Positions 1 through 12,547 of a stretch of 64,000 nucleotides of DNA are shown here, piece after piece. This DNA comes from Squalus acanthias. Its lineage: Eukaryota. The stretch spans positions 55,182,001-55,246,000 of the forward strand of contig CM059432.1 in assembly GCA_030390025.1 (NCBI GenBank), given 5' to 3'. Under the pieces are notes generated by a model. The model ran no database searches. It was given only the letters and a program-made list of their open reading frames with translations, and was not told where the DNA came from. How positions within the stretch are numbered: position 1 is the first letter of the stretch; every line of letters starts with the position of its first letter. Both the position numbers and the translations under genes were made by a program.

Positions 1-1725
1 CTTGCATGACAGCAAGCTGAGCTTTCACTGCAGCACTCAGACATTGGGTGGCTTCTGCTTGTGCTGCAATGGAAGCTGAGACGTTGGCCATTAGACGCGG
101 CATCATGGTTGGATCCACAAGTGTGCTAATGGATTTGCCCACCACATCCACGCTGGAAAGGATGGGCTCCAAGCTCTGTGCAAAGCCCTGTGCAAGGTTG
201 TTGCTGGACTCGTCCATGCTCCTTGACATTACATTCAGGCTTTCTGGCAGGCCTGCCAATGCACCAAGCATTTCACTGTGCATACCGATCGGCATTCTTC
301 TGTAGGCCGCCCCATCGAAGTCCTCATCTGAGTCCTCTGCACCAGAACTCGTGTGCGACCTTGCCCTCCGGTGAGCTGGCACCCGCGCTACCCTTACCCC
401 CTGCACTGGCTGCAGGACACTCGTGTCCAGTGACTCACCACGTGCAGATCCCGCCTCTATGCTACCCTCTAAATGACGCGCAGTGTCAGTATCTGAGCTG
501 GTGGCTGCAAGTGTGAAATTCAGTGATGGTGCTGTGTCTTCAGCATCACTGCCTTCTTCCTCTTGCAGTTCCTGCTCCTCCACCACTGTCTACCCAGATT
601 GGAGTTCTTGGCTATCTGAAAGGAGAAAGGCACAAGGGTAAGGTTGTGGTGAGGGGAGGGGAGGAAAGCAAGAGATGCATGCTTACACCATGTGCAGCTT
701 GTAAATCAGAAGAGATTGTGGGATGAGGGGCATGTGGAATGTGAGAAGGAGGATTAGGTATGAGTATACCATCATCTTCAATGGTTTCAGCTCCGCCATT
801 GGCCACGGCCTCAGTCACGGCCGCTCCAATAATGGCCAGCACTGTCTCCTCCATCGGGGTTAGGACATGCCAGCGCGCCTGTCCCCCTCTGGTTAGCTGC
901 TGCTGCCTGCGGTTGTATGCCACCTTGTCCTACAAGAGAGAGGGAAGTGCATCAGTGAGTTTGGTTCACTGTGTTTGGCTGGTGTGGCTGTCATGGTTGA
1001 ATAGCTGGTAGTGTGGGCAAGCTGTGGGATGTGGGTGTAAGGCTTGTAGCAGTGCTATGTGTGTGAGGGTGAGGTGGAGCATATGAATGTGAGGTATGAG
1101 TCGTGATTGATGGTAGGTGAGTGATGGGTGTGTGGTACATTAAACAGTGTTTGAGGCTAGTGGTGCAGTTGGTGGGATATAACATTTGACGATGCATTCA
1201 CTGACTTTGACCACTTGTGTGAGGTCATTGAACTTCTTTCAGCACTGCATCCAGGTCCTCGGGCAACAATGCTGGTATTGACCTCCATGGCTATCTGCTC
1301 CCACTGCCTTCACAGTGTCTGTCTGGAGGGCCTCCTGGCCCCCTGTGGATACAGAACCTCTCTCCTCCTGTCCACCTCCTGCACTAAGGCCTCCAGTGCT
1401 ACGTCGGAGAACCTTGCAGCCCGCTCTCTGGCATGTTGCGCCATTCCTGTGTCTTTCCCAGGTTAAACTCACTTCTGGAATGACTTCCAGCACCTGCTCA
1501 TGTCAAACTGCACCTCCTCTTTAAGAGGTGCAGGCTGGCTTTAAGAAGTGCAGGCTAGCTTTAATTGATGCTAGCCCTGCATGAACCAAGACCCCCTGCT
1601 GAGCATGTAAGCCACAATCATTCTAATTAGCAGGCAGAACGAAGTTTGCATGTAAGAACGGGCACGGGTTGATCCTGCATTGCGATCCCCGCGACCGTTT
1701 TTGGGGGCAATTGAATTCTTAGCCC
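1..1725 (-). mobile_element. End of a third Harbinger family carrying a degenerate 3-exon Myb/SANT gene (exons 1444-1206, 929-770, 615 to window start)
   Basis: Minus strand reads MAQHARERAARFSDVALEALVQEVDRRREVLYP..., with a stop and a frameshift. Exon 2 DKVAYNRRQQQLTRGGQ and exon 3 MHSEMLGALAGLPESL are homologous to the other two elements. TIR-like end gaattcttagccc at 1713-1725. Confidence 0.8.
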
Positions 1726-1913
1726 TCTTAATATTTTTAATAAAACTTTTGCTGTTAGCTTTGATATGCCTTGCAAGTTTTTTTTATATTCCCTTTTTGT
1801 ACCTCTTATTACATTCTTTGTATCCCTTTTTTTATTTTTATAGCTCTCCCAGTCTGCTGGATTCCTACTTTTCCTTACATTTGCATAAGCCTTTTCATTT
1901 AGCTTGATACTGT

Positions 1914-2605
1914 GGGCTCGATTTTGTCATTGGGGTGGGCTGGAGTCGTGTCATCCGCTTTTCGTGTTAGCCACCCGACTCCAATTCGATGTGGGAGAAT
2001 TATTCGATTTTCCCCTAATTGGGCAATTGAGTTCCAGCATGTGGGAACCCATGACCCAATTAGTTTTTTCAGTCTGAAAGTCGCCTCTGATGATGTCATC
2101 ATTGCTGCTGCATTTAAGGTCTGCAAAGACTGGGAAGCTTTTGGCCTTTGCTGTGAGAGGGACCTGGAGGCAAAATGTCCACCACTCCTCCTCCTCCTCC
2201 TCCTCCTCCTCCTCCTCCAAAGTTCCACAACAATGGTTATGACTGCTAAAAGTTCCCCGATAATGATGACCGATCAAATCTCCTTCTTAATGGTGGACCT
2301 GCGGCTGATAGTCAGTAATCCAAGTGTGCTACCGCCAGGTTTCACCCTCATATTTCAGAGGAGGCGTGCATCACGTCGGAAAAGTCTTAAAATCAGAAAG
2401 GCCTCTCAAAATGGGATTATAGAGGCAATTAAGTGGTTGTTAAGGACCTATCCCGCCTCTTGGAGGCGGGACAGAGATGGGATCAGAAACCACGTATTTG
2501 GGAAAATTGCTCGGAGGCGGGGTCGGGCCCACCCGCCATTATTTGCAATTTTAACACCCCACACGCCTCCATTCCCACCTCCTCGGGCCTGGCAAAATCG
2601 AGCCC
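1914..2605. mobile_element. Harbinger-type MITE (692 bp) with an internal (CCT)n tract
   Basis: Perfect 13-bp TIR GGGCTCGATTTTG / CAAAATCGAGCCC. TSD TGT/TGT. Confidence 0.88.
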
Positions 2606-3516
2606 TGTGTCTTACCTCATAGTTGTTTAACTACATAAGAGGAGCCTTTACCTTTTAGGGGTATGTACTGGTTTTGCATCGTACCAAATACTTCTTTGAA
2701 TACTTCTTACTGTTTGTCTGTGAGTTAACCCATTAACAGTTAAGCCCAGTATACTGGTATCACGTTATCACTACTTCCGAAGGTAATTCTACTTCGCTTT
2801 TCCACTTTTTAAAATTGATGATGTTCTGCACTGTGGGAATTGACTCTTCACCTTGGTTGCTCATTGATTATGTGGGTTATTTTCCATATTTTAAGTAATC
2901 CCAACATATTAGCTTATGTAAAAATATTGCTCATATAGATTGGGAACTCCATGACATTATTTTTTAATGAGGTCATGTATTCTATTTATCCAAGTTATTC
3001 CCCCCAAAACTCACTTTTGTGGTCTCTCTAAGCTGTGTACTAACTGCATACAAGAATATAGCTAGGCAAGCACTGCCAGACCACCACCCGCCACCACCCA
3101 CATCTCCCCCGTCCCCTTATTATTCCTCAGCCAGACAATAGGAAATATGTGATATTAGCATGATGACTTAGCCTGTGCTCACTGCCTCCCTACAGCTGCA
3201 TGGAGGAAACTGGTAACCTTCTGGTTTTCGGAACTGCACAGTAGCTTTCCTGAGAGGCTTGCAGTTGGTCTCATTTCTTCCCCGAATCTTCGGTGCAAGG
3301 CCCAGCCAGGGGTAGGCCTGTGTCTGGTGGCCCCCAGGCCTTGCAAATCGTCTGGGGGAGGAAAACATAGAATCATGGAATCATAGAATCGTTACAGCAG
3401 AGTAGGAGGCCATTCGGCCCGTCAAGCCCGTGCCGGCTCTCTGCAAGAGCACTTCTGCTAGTCCCAATCCCCCGCCCTGTCTCCGTAGCCTTGCAAATGT
3501 TTTTTTCTTTAAGGTA

Positions 3517-4134
3517 CAGGAAACTCTCGTTTAAATGGCACCTAAATATCCGGAATTCTCTATTAACTGGCAAAATTCAGGAGTAGGTTCAGGTAAGTTT
3601 TACTGTATATTAGTGGCCGTGTAACCGGGGTTCCTGCACCTGTTGCCGTGTAACAGGGACTCCTGGATCTGTGGCCGTGTAACCGGGACTCCTGCACAAG
3701 TGGCCGTGTAACCGGGGCTCCTGCACTTGTGGCCGTGTAACCGGGGCTCCAGCACTTGTGGCCGTATAACCGGGGCTCCAGCACTTGTGGCCGTGTAACC
3801 GGGGCTCCTGCACTTGTGGCCGTGTAACCGGGGCTCCAGCACTTGTGGCCGTGTAACCGTGGCTCCAGCACTTGTGGCCGTGTAACCGGGGCTCCAGCAC
3901 TTGTGGCCGTGTAACCGGGGCTCCAGCACTTGTGGCCGTGTAACCGGGGCTCCAGCACTTGTGGCCGTGTAACCGGGGCTCCAGCACTTGTGGCCGTGTA
4001 ACCGGGGCTCCTGCACTTGTGGCTGTGTAACGGGGCTCTCGTACCTTGGTAGGTATACATCTCCGTTATCCGGAATTTTTAATAAACCGGCACCATCCCA
4101 GTCCCGTAGGTGCCGGATACCAAAGAGTTTCCTG
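3517..4134. mobile_element. Tc1/mariner-superfamily (pogo/Tigger-like) MITE
   Basis: ~28-bp imperfect TIRs beginning CAGGAAACTCT, with a TA duplication on both sides. Confidence 0.8.
3613..4040. repeat. 29-bp minisatellite (~15 copies) inside the Tigger-like MITE
   Basis: Unit gtggccgtgtaaccggggctccagcactt in head-to-tail array with no spacers. Confidence 0.92.
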
Positions 4135-5533
4135 TACTTATCTAATTCCCTTTTGAAAGCCACAATTGAATCTGCCTCCACCACCCTTTCAGGCAGTGCA
4201 TTCCAGATCATAACCACTTGCTGCATAAAAAAGTTTTTCCTCATGTCGCCTTTGGACCTTCTACCAATCACTTTAAATCTATGTCCTCTGGTTCTCGACC
4301 CTTCTGCCAATGGGAACAGTTTCTCTCTACTCTGTCTAGACTCCTCATGATTTTGAACACCTCTATCAAATCTCCTCTCAATCTTCTCTGCTCTAAGAAC
4401 AACCCCAGTTTCTCCAGTCTATCCACGCAACTGAAGTCCCTCATCCCTGGAACCATTCTTGTAAATCTTTTCTGCACCCTCTCTAAAGCCTTCACATCCT
4501 TCCTAAAGTGCGGTGCCCAGAATTGGACACAATACTCCAGTTGTGGCTGAACCAGTGTTTTATAAAGGTTCATCATAACTTCCTTGCTTTCGTACTCTAT
4601 GCCTCTATTTATAAAGCCCAGAATCCTGTATGCTTTTTTAAACGCTTTCTCAACCTGTCCTGCCACCTTCAATGAATTGTGCACATATACCCCCAGGTCT
4701 CTCTGTTCCTGCACCCCCTTTAGAATTACATCCTTTAATTTATATTGCCTCTCCTCGTTCTTCCTACAAAAATGTATTCCTGCACTAAACTTCATCTGCC
4801 ATGTGTCCGCCCATTCCAACAGACTGTCTATATCCTCTTGAAGTCTATCCCTATCCGCCTCACTGTTCATTATACTTCCAAGTTTTGTGTCATCTGCAAA
4901 TTTTGAAATTGTGCCCTGTACACCTAAGTCCAAATCATTAATATGTATCTAGTACCGACCCCTGGGGAACACCAGTGTATACCTCCCTCCAGTCTGAAAA
5001 CAACCTGTTCAGCACTACTCTCATTTTCCTGTCACTTAGCCAATTTCGTATCCATGCTGCCACTGTCCCTTTTATTCCATGGGCTTCAACTTTGCTGGCA
5101 AGCCTATTATGTGGCACTTTATCAAATGCCTTTTGGACATGGGCAGTTGGTTCCTCACAGGTGCATTACAACTCAAGTGCACTGTGCCTTAATAGGCATC
5201 CAATGGACACTCTAAAAGGAAAATGTACCATGTGCGAGTTTCAATACATATCCCACCTAGGGTTCCCAACCCTCCTGCTTTAAGCGGGAGTCTACCAGAA
5301 TGAGCGATTGGTCTCCTGAGCGCTGCTGCACGCGTTTTGGGAGAAACGGTCCCTGTTTGTGCGGTTCACACATGCGCAGTACCCTGGCTGTCGTGGCTTG
5401 CAACCAAACTGCGTTGTCTGAGTCCTGCTGGTCTTCCTGCTATTTGGAAATACCGCTTCATTGCTAACTGTGAGGATGACAACATCGGGGCCAACGAAAA
5501 TCGCCTGGAAACTCCGTGAGTCCTGAGAAAGCA

Positions 5534-5816
5534 ACTGGGGGAGGAAGAGAGAAACACACACTGGGGAGGGAGAAAGAAATACACACTGGGGGAGGGAGAG
5601 AGAGAGAAACACATACTGGGGGAGGGAGAGAGAGAGAAACACACACTGGGGGAGGGAAAGAGAGAGAAACACATACTGGGGGAGGGAGAGAGAGAGAAAC
5701 ACATACTGGGGGAGGGAGAGAGAGAAACACTGGGGAGGGAGAGAGAGAAACACATACTGGGGGAGAGAGAGAGAAACACAAACTGGGGAGGGCGGGAGAG
5801 AGAAACACATACTGGG
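5534..5816. repeat. Purine-rich ~30-bp minisatellite inside the hAT element
   Basis: Unit ctgggggagggagagagagagaaacacata with variable GA length. A further unit resumes at ~6545, after the CR1 insertion. Confidence 0.88.
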
Positions 5817-5817
5817 A

Positions 5818-6537
5818 AAGAACATAAGAACATAAAAAATAAGAGCAGGAGTAGGCCATACGGCCCCTCGAGCCTGCTCCGCCATTCAATAAGATCATGG
5901 CTGATCCTCGACCTCAACTCCACTTTCCCGCCCGATCTCCATATCCCTTGATTCTCCTAGAGTCCAAAAATCTATCTATCTCAGCCTTGAATATACTCAA
6001 AAACTCAGTATTCACAGCCCTCTGGGGCAGAGAATTCCAAAGATTCACAACCCGCTGAGTAAAGAAATTCCTTCTCATCTCAGTCTTAAATGGCCTACTG
6101 CTTATCCTGAGACTATGCCCCCTAGTTCTAGACACTCCAGCCAGGGGAAACAACCTCTCAGCATCTACCCTGTCAATCCCCTTCAGAATCTTGTATGTTT
6201 CAATGAGATCACCTCTCATTCTTCTAAACTCCAGAGAGTATAGGCCCATTCTACACAATCTCTCATCATAGCACAGCCCTCTCACCCCAGGAATCAATCT
6301 AGTGAACCTTCGTTGCACCGCCTCCAAGGCAAGTATATCCTTCCTTAGATAAGGAGACCAAAACTGTGCACAGTATTCCAGGTGTGGTCTCACCAAGGCC
6401 CTGTACAATTGTAGGAAGACTTCCTTACTCTTATACTTCAACCCCCTTGCAATAAAGGCCAACATGCCATTTGCCTTTCTTAATGTTTGCTGTACCTGCA
6501 TGTTAGCTTTCTGTGTTTCTTGGACGAGGACACCCTC
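5818..6537 (-). mobile_element. CR1 LINE 3' fragment
   Basis: ORF 5914-6558 with RPHLEYCAQFWSP and RRMRGDLIE. aagaacat tail. Confidence 0.9.
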
Positions 6538-7537
6538 GGAGAAGGGAGTGAGAAACACAAACTTGGGAGGGAAGGAGTGTTCATCGGCCTGTGATGTTGT
6601 ATAATGTGTTTTGTTCTGGGAGTCAGGCAGCTTTGGTGCTTCTCTCTGAGGACTGCACCTCTTCTCCCTGAAGCTGGGTTTCCGCAGTGGGGTGTAGTAG
6701 TCAGCGAATGAATAGGTTTGGTTTTGGTTTTATTTATTATTTTTATAACTTGCTGTGTATTGTAAAAAGTCATAAAATTGTATGAAAACTTTAGTTAGAA
6801 GTTACTTATATCGATGGTGTTTTGTTGAATCAGTGGTATTTACTTGATGTTTCTTATTGCAGTCGATACTGTAGAAACTTCACAGAAGTAGTTTTTATTT
6901 AAACATTATTTATCCTTAAATCTTTCTATTCTTTTGTGTTCTTTCTTTGATAAATTATGCTATTCATCTCACTATAAAACAAAAAGTCAAATATTTTATT
7001 TGGGGCTTGGTGATGAGACACTCAAGGTAAATGATCAAATGTTGTGATTAAGCCTCACATGAGAGGTGTCACCTGATCGAATGCCATGTGACTTGATCAA
7101 ATATCTACCTTAGTTGAGTGTCTCATCACCAAGCCCCAAATAAACATTATTTATCCTTAAATCTTTCTATTCTTTTGTGTTATTTGATCATGTCACATGG
7201 CATTCGATCAGGTGACACCTCTCATGTGAGGCTTAATCACAACATTTGATCACGTTGTGGCGGATCGCCACCTAAACGGGCGCAATCCACTTTTCCGTCC
7301 ATAGACAATAAATCGGGCACCTTGCCTTTAAGGCGCATGCTGCCTTTAAGGCATGAAAAAAGGACTGGGCGTCACCCTCAGTGTGAACTTAAAAAGAGCA
7401 GGTGTCGCCCTCAACCAGCAGTAAGGTTTTGCAGAGAGAAGTTGTAGCAGCCATTTTGCCAAGGAGTCTGTAATTAAAAGCCATGTGCTCCACATATTGA
7501 CTCGGCCTCAATTCGTGCTTCGCGGCAGCCACAATAT

Positions 7538-7551
7538 TGGTGACCCCGACG
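7538..7551 (+). promoter_or_regulatory. Primer-binding site complementary to the tRNA-Trp 3' end
   Basis: TGGTGACCCCGACG lies immediately after the 5' LTR and is the reverse complement of the ...CGTCGGGGTCACCA end of eukaryotic tRNA-Trp. Confidence 0.85.
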
Positions 7552-7576
7552 CTCAGAACGTATTCCGAGCACTGCA

Positions 7577-10500
7577 ATGGCGGACACGAACGCAGTTTCC
7601 ATGAAACTGCCGGAGTTTTGGGAAAACCAGCCCGAAGCCTGGTTCCTCCAAGCCGAGTCCCGATTCCGGCTGCGACACATCACCACAGATGGGACGAAGT
7701 ACGACTACCTTGTCACATCACTCGGTAGCTCCACAGTTACGAAGGTCTGGACAGCGCTGCAGAACCCACCAGAGGAGGGCAAGTATGTACATCTTAAGGC
7801 CGCGCTCCTTAAAAAATTTACGGCCTCGACATACCAGCGAAACTGCTACCTCCTCGACCTTCCAGGCCTCAGTGATGCCTCACCGTCAGACCTCCTCTCC
7901 CACATGCTCTCCCTCACCGACGAGAGCCCACCCGGATTCCTCTTCCGCACGCTGTTCATCCGCCAGCTACCTCTCAGCATCCGCCCACCGATCGTGGCAT
8001 CTGGCCTCATGGACCTGGAAGCCCTGGCCGATGAGGCCGACAAGCTGCTGTCCGCTCACTCCAGCCGTGACGTCACTCCGGACCTGGCAGCCACTGCCTG
8101 GGCGCGCCCCTCACCGGCCACCACGTGGCCACAAGGCCCAGCCACCGGGCTCACGGGGCCTTCGCGCCCCACTAACCCGGGCCACTGTTACTACCACGCA
8201 CGGTTCGGCGCCAGGGCACAATGGTGCACACCTCCCTGCTCTTTCAAGTCCGCCCCCGCACCAGCCCCCACAATGGCCGTGGGCCACACGGGCTCCCTGC
8301 TGTACGTCACGGATGACAAAACCGGCCGCCGGTTCCTGTGTGACACTGGAGCTCAGCACAGCATCATCCCGGCCTCCTCCCTCGACATCCAAAAGGGCAA
8401 ACGAGGACCGGCGCTGGCTGCTGCTAACGGCTCGGACATCCGGACGTACGGCACCCGCAGAGTCACCCTCGACCTCGCTGGTCGCCGCTACCGATGGGTG
8501 TTCATCACTGCCAAGGTGCTCTCCCCTCTCATCGGCGCAGATTTCCTGTGCGCCCACGGCCTACTTGTAGACATCCCTCGACACCGCCTCGTAGACATGA
8601 ACACCATGTCCCCCATCCTGGGCGCCATGGCCCCCCATCAACCCGCCGACATGGCGTCACAGTGCCACGCCCGGGCCACGGATGACTACTCGGCACTCCT
8701 GGCCGAATTCCCGGCCCTTACCAATCCGACCTTCTCTGCGGAGGCCGCCAAACACGGGGTGGAACACTTCATCCCCACCACAGGCTCCCCAGTGTACGCC
8801 CACGCCCGCAGGCTGGACCCGGCCAAACTGGAGATCGCGCGGACCGAGTTTGCCACCATGGAACAGCTCGGCATCATCCGCCGCTCCAACAGTCCCTGGG
8901 CCTCCCCACTCCACATCGCCCCCAAACCAGGCGGAGGTTGGCGCCCCTGCGGGGATTACCGCCGCCTCAACGACGCCACCACCCCTGATCGGTACCCCGT
9001 GCCGCACATCCAGGACTTCTCGGCTAGACTGGCCGGCCGCTCAGTCTTTTCCAAGGTCGACCTGGTGCGCGGCTACCACCAAGTCCCCGTCCACCCCGCG
9101 GACGTCCCCAAGACGGCCGTAATTGACCCCCTCCGGCCTTTTTGAGTTCCTGCGGATGCCCTTCGGCCTCAAAAACGCGGCCCAGGCATTCCAACGGCTC
9201 ATGGACTCGGTCCTTTGGGACCTGAAGTTCCTGTTCGTCTACCTGGACGACATCCTGGTAGCCAGTTCCTCCAAGCAGGAACACCTCGAACACCTTCGCA
9301 TCCTGTTCGGGCGCCTCAGCGACCACGGGCTCATCCTCAGCCCAGCCAAATGCCAGTTTGGCCTGGACAAGATCGACTTCCTCGGCCACCACATCACCCA
9401 TGCTGGGGCCATTCCCCTGCCCACCAAGGTGCAGGCCGTCCAACAATTTCCCGCCCCACCACCATCAAAGGCCTCCAGGAGTTCCTCGGGATGGTGAATT
9501 TCTACAACCGCTTCATCCCCAAAGCGGCGTCCCTCATGAGGCCCCTGTATGAAGCCCTCCGGGGCAGGAGTGGCAAGATGGCGGTCGAATGGACGGCAGA
9601 CGCGTCAGCCGCCTTCGACTCCACCAAGATCGCGCTCGCCAACGCCACCCTGCTCGCGCACCCACGGCCCAATGCCAGGTAGCGCTCACCACAGACGCCT
9701 CCGACCACGCGGTCGGTGCCGTGTATGAGCAGTGGGTCGACGGCGCCTGGCAACCACTTGCCTTCTTCAGCCGCCAACTACGCCCCCCGGAGGTCAAGTA
9801 CAGCACCTTCGACCACGAGCTCCTTGCGCTGTTCCTGGCGGTCCGCCATTTTAGGTTTTTGCTGGAGGGCCACCCCTTCACTGCGTTTGTCGAAAACAAA
9901 CCCCTGACATTAGCAATGGCAAAAACAACCGACCCCTGGTCCGCCAGGCAGCAGCGCCAGCTCACGGCAGTGTCCGAGTTCACCACGGACATCCAACACG
10001 TCTCCGGCCGAGATAATATGGTAGCCGACTGCCTCTCCCGCCCCGCCATCCACACCGCACACCTGGCAGTCGACTACGCTCAACTCGCAGCAGACCAGAT
10101 CACCGACCCTGATCTGCTCCACGCACCTACCAACCTACCAGGGCTACGCCTGGCCGACGTTGCCTGTGGCCCGATCGCAGTCACAGTCAAGTACGACATA
10201 TCCCTATGTCAACCTCGGCCCGTCGTCCCAGCGTCCTGGCGCCGCCGGGTATTCGAGATTCTCCACAACCTCTCCCACCCCGGCGCCCGCGCATCCATCA
10301 AATTGGTAGCCAACCGCTTGGTCTGGCGCGACCTTCGCAAGGATGTGCGTACTTGGGCCAACTCCTGCCTAGCCTGCCAACGGGCCAAGGTTCAGCAACA
10401 CACGAAAGCACCCCTCGAGGAGTTTACCGTCACTTCGCGTAGATTCGACCACATCCATGTGGACATCGTCGGGCCCCTGCCGCCATCGCAAGGCCACACG

Positions 10501-11389
10501 CACTTGCTGACGATCGTTGACCGCACCACGCGCTGGCCCGAGGCAATTCCACTGACCTCTACCACCACCGCCGACATCGCCAGAGCCTTCGTCAGCACCT
10601 GGGTCGCACGGTTCGGCTTCCCCTCCGACATGACTTCGGACAGAGGTCCGCAATTTACCTCTGAACTCTGGACCGCCGTCGCACGCAATCTCGGGATGAC
10701 CATTCACCGCACCACAGCGTACCACCCCCAAGCCAACGGACTGTGTGAGCGGTTCCACAGATCCTTGAAGGCATCTCTTCGAGCCAGCCTCCAGGACGGC
10801 GCCTGGACCGACCGACTCCCGTGGGTCCTCCTCGGCCTGCGCACCGCGGTTAAAGAAGACCTCCACGCATCGGCAGCAGAGCTCGTGTATGGTCAGCCGC
10901 TGCGCGTACCCGGCGAGTTCCTGCCCACCACCACGACACCCTGGTCAGCCGACCAGCAACGCCATGACTTCGCCTCACCGGCGCTACAGTTCGCCCCGGT
11001 GCCCATTGCCCGACACGGCGAATCCACCTCACACGTCCCACTAAGCCTGCACCAGGCACGGTTCGTTTTCGTCCGGCACGACGCCCACCGCGGACCCCTT
11101 CAACCCCCGTACGACGGGCCCTACAAGGTGCTACAGGCTGGGGACAAATTTTTCACCCTGCAAGTGGGCAACAGGACCGAAAAAGTGTCGGTTGACCGAC
11201 TCAAGCCAGCACACTCGGATCCCGGTGAGCAGGTCCCTGTAGCTCATCCACCGCCACGCGGCCGACCTGCCCTCAAGCCAGTTCACCCGGCTGCTCCACG
11301 CCCGGCCGTTCCACGTCCACCGGCGTCCTACAAGAGCCGCTCCGGCCAGGCCCATCAGACCGCCGCACCGTCTCGTCCACATCTCCTAA
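7577..11389 (+). pseudogene. Gypsy gag-pol polyprotein with frameshifts near 9125, 9450, 9675 and probably 11347
   Basis: Gag KLPEFW and CYYHARFGARAQWCTPPC knuckle; protease FLCDTGA; RT RPCGDYRRLN, MPFGLKNA and YLDD; RNase H TTDASD; integrase HHCC plus HVD...SDRG...ERFH; GPY module. Correcting the last shift gives SRSGRPIRPPHRLVHIS followed by a stop. Confidence 0.9.
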
Positions 11390-12547
11390 GCGGATTCTGG
11401 GGGGAGCTGTGTGGCGGATCACCACCTAAACGGGCGCAATCCACTTTTCCGTCCGTGGACAATAAATCGGGCACCTTGCCTTTAAGGCACATGCTGCCTT
11501 TAAGGCATGAAAAAAGGAGTGGGCGTCGCCCTCAGTGTGAACTTAAAAAGAGCGGGCGTCGCCCTCAACCAGCAGTAAGGTTTTGCAGAGAGAAGTTGTA
11601 GCAGCCATTTTGCCAAGGAGTATGTAATTAAAAGCCATGTGTTCCACATATTGACTCGGCCTCAATTCGTGCTTCGCGGCAGCCGCAATAACATGACATT
11701 TGTCCACTGTTTGCAAATATCACATGATCAAATCTCCAGGAATATGTCAAGCCAGAGTTGGCAACCCTAATCCCACCAATCAATAGCATTGTGCTTTAAA
11801 ACACCAATATGCTGTGCTCCATGCTTCTGAGCATTTTCTCATGAGAAAGCTGATATTATACATGCTGATTGTAATCAGTGTGACTCTGAAGAGTCCACAG
11901 CTGCACTCCTTGGGGTGCGGGGGATGAAGGAGTGGTATAAACAACAGTGCAACTGCGTGTAGGACCGAACAAACAGTTTTACTGTGTTGAAGAAGCCCCT
12001 CCATTTGCTTGGGTTATTGTTTCTTTGGAAGCCTTGGTCTGTGAGTTTTACTTGATACGGTTAATGTTATGAATTGCCATGTGCAATATCTGAAAAATGA
12101 AAAGATTTGCAAAATAAATGACAATCAAGAGCGTCTCTTATGCTGCAGTTTGTGTGCCTGATAAGAACAGAAGAGCACAGCTCTAGGAGTAGTATTTCAA
12201 GTTCTGTAATTGGGAAATCCAGGGGTCATGACTGAAGGAGGCCAGACATAGGCCAGCTGCTACGACTAGCATTCTGTATAGAGAGTTAATAATGGCCACA
12301 GCGCAAGTCTCTACCTACTATTGACTCTTTGCCTTCTTGTGAGATAGGCCAACCTAGAAAACTACAAAATCCGACCAACAACTGCAAATGGGCTGACAAC
12401 TGAAAAAGAAAATATAAGCCTATGATGTGCGAAAACAAGCATTTAAACTAAAAATTAAGCGTGACGCAGATTCGTAACTTAAGCTGCGGTATACCCAACA
12501 TCCTATCATTTGTTTTGCAGGATAAAAGCCTAAAATACACAAACAAA

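Larger units (their letters stand above)
3366..5136 (-). mobile_element. 5'-truncated CR1 LINE interrupted by a Tigger-like MITE
   Basis: (ATTCTATG)n-type tail at 3366-3390. [10 protein letters not shown] and LEYCVQFW motifs in ORF 4268-4933. Confidence 0.88.
7256..11690 (+). mobile_element. Full-length Ty3/Gypsy LTR retrotransposon, CsRn1-like lineage
   Basis: 281-bp LTRs at 7256-7536 and 11410-11690 (about 11 mismatches by eye). PBS at 7538-7551 and polypurine tract ggggggag before the 3' LTR. 4-bp flanks ACGT/ACAT. Domain order Gag-PR-RT-RH-IN. Confidence 0.95.
5258..11769. mobile_element. Non-autonomous hAT-superfamily element hosting nested insertions
   Basis: TIRs TAGGGTTCCCAAC / GTTGGCAACCCTA. 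Perfect 8-bp TSD ATCCCACC at 5250-5257 and 11770-11777. Confidence 0.85.

Noticed and set aside
1912..2622. 236-aa ORF with a poly-Leu pseudo-transmembrane stretch
   Set aside because: It is coextensive with a TIR-bounded MITE, the Leu run is a (CCT)n microsatellite, and the start is not ATG.
3613..4040. CRISPR-like appearance of the 29-bp (and 46/48-bp) repeats
   Set aside because: They are head-to-tail units with no unique spacers, there are no cas genes, and the context is a eukaryotic intron.
9589..11601. 670-aa ORF read as an intact protein running into the LTR
   Set aside because: Its N-terminus and its LTR-derived C-terminus come from frameshifts. Only the RNase H-integrase middle is genuine.
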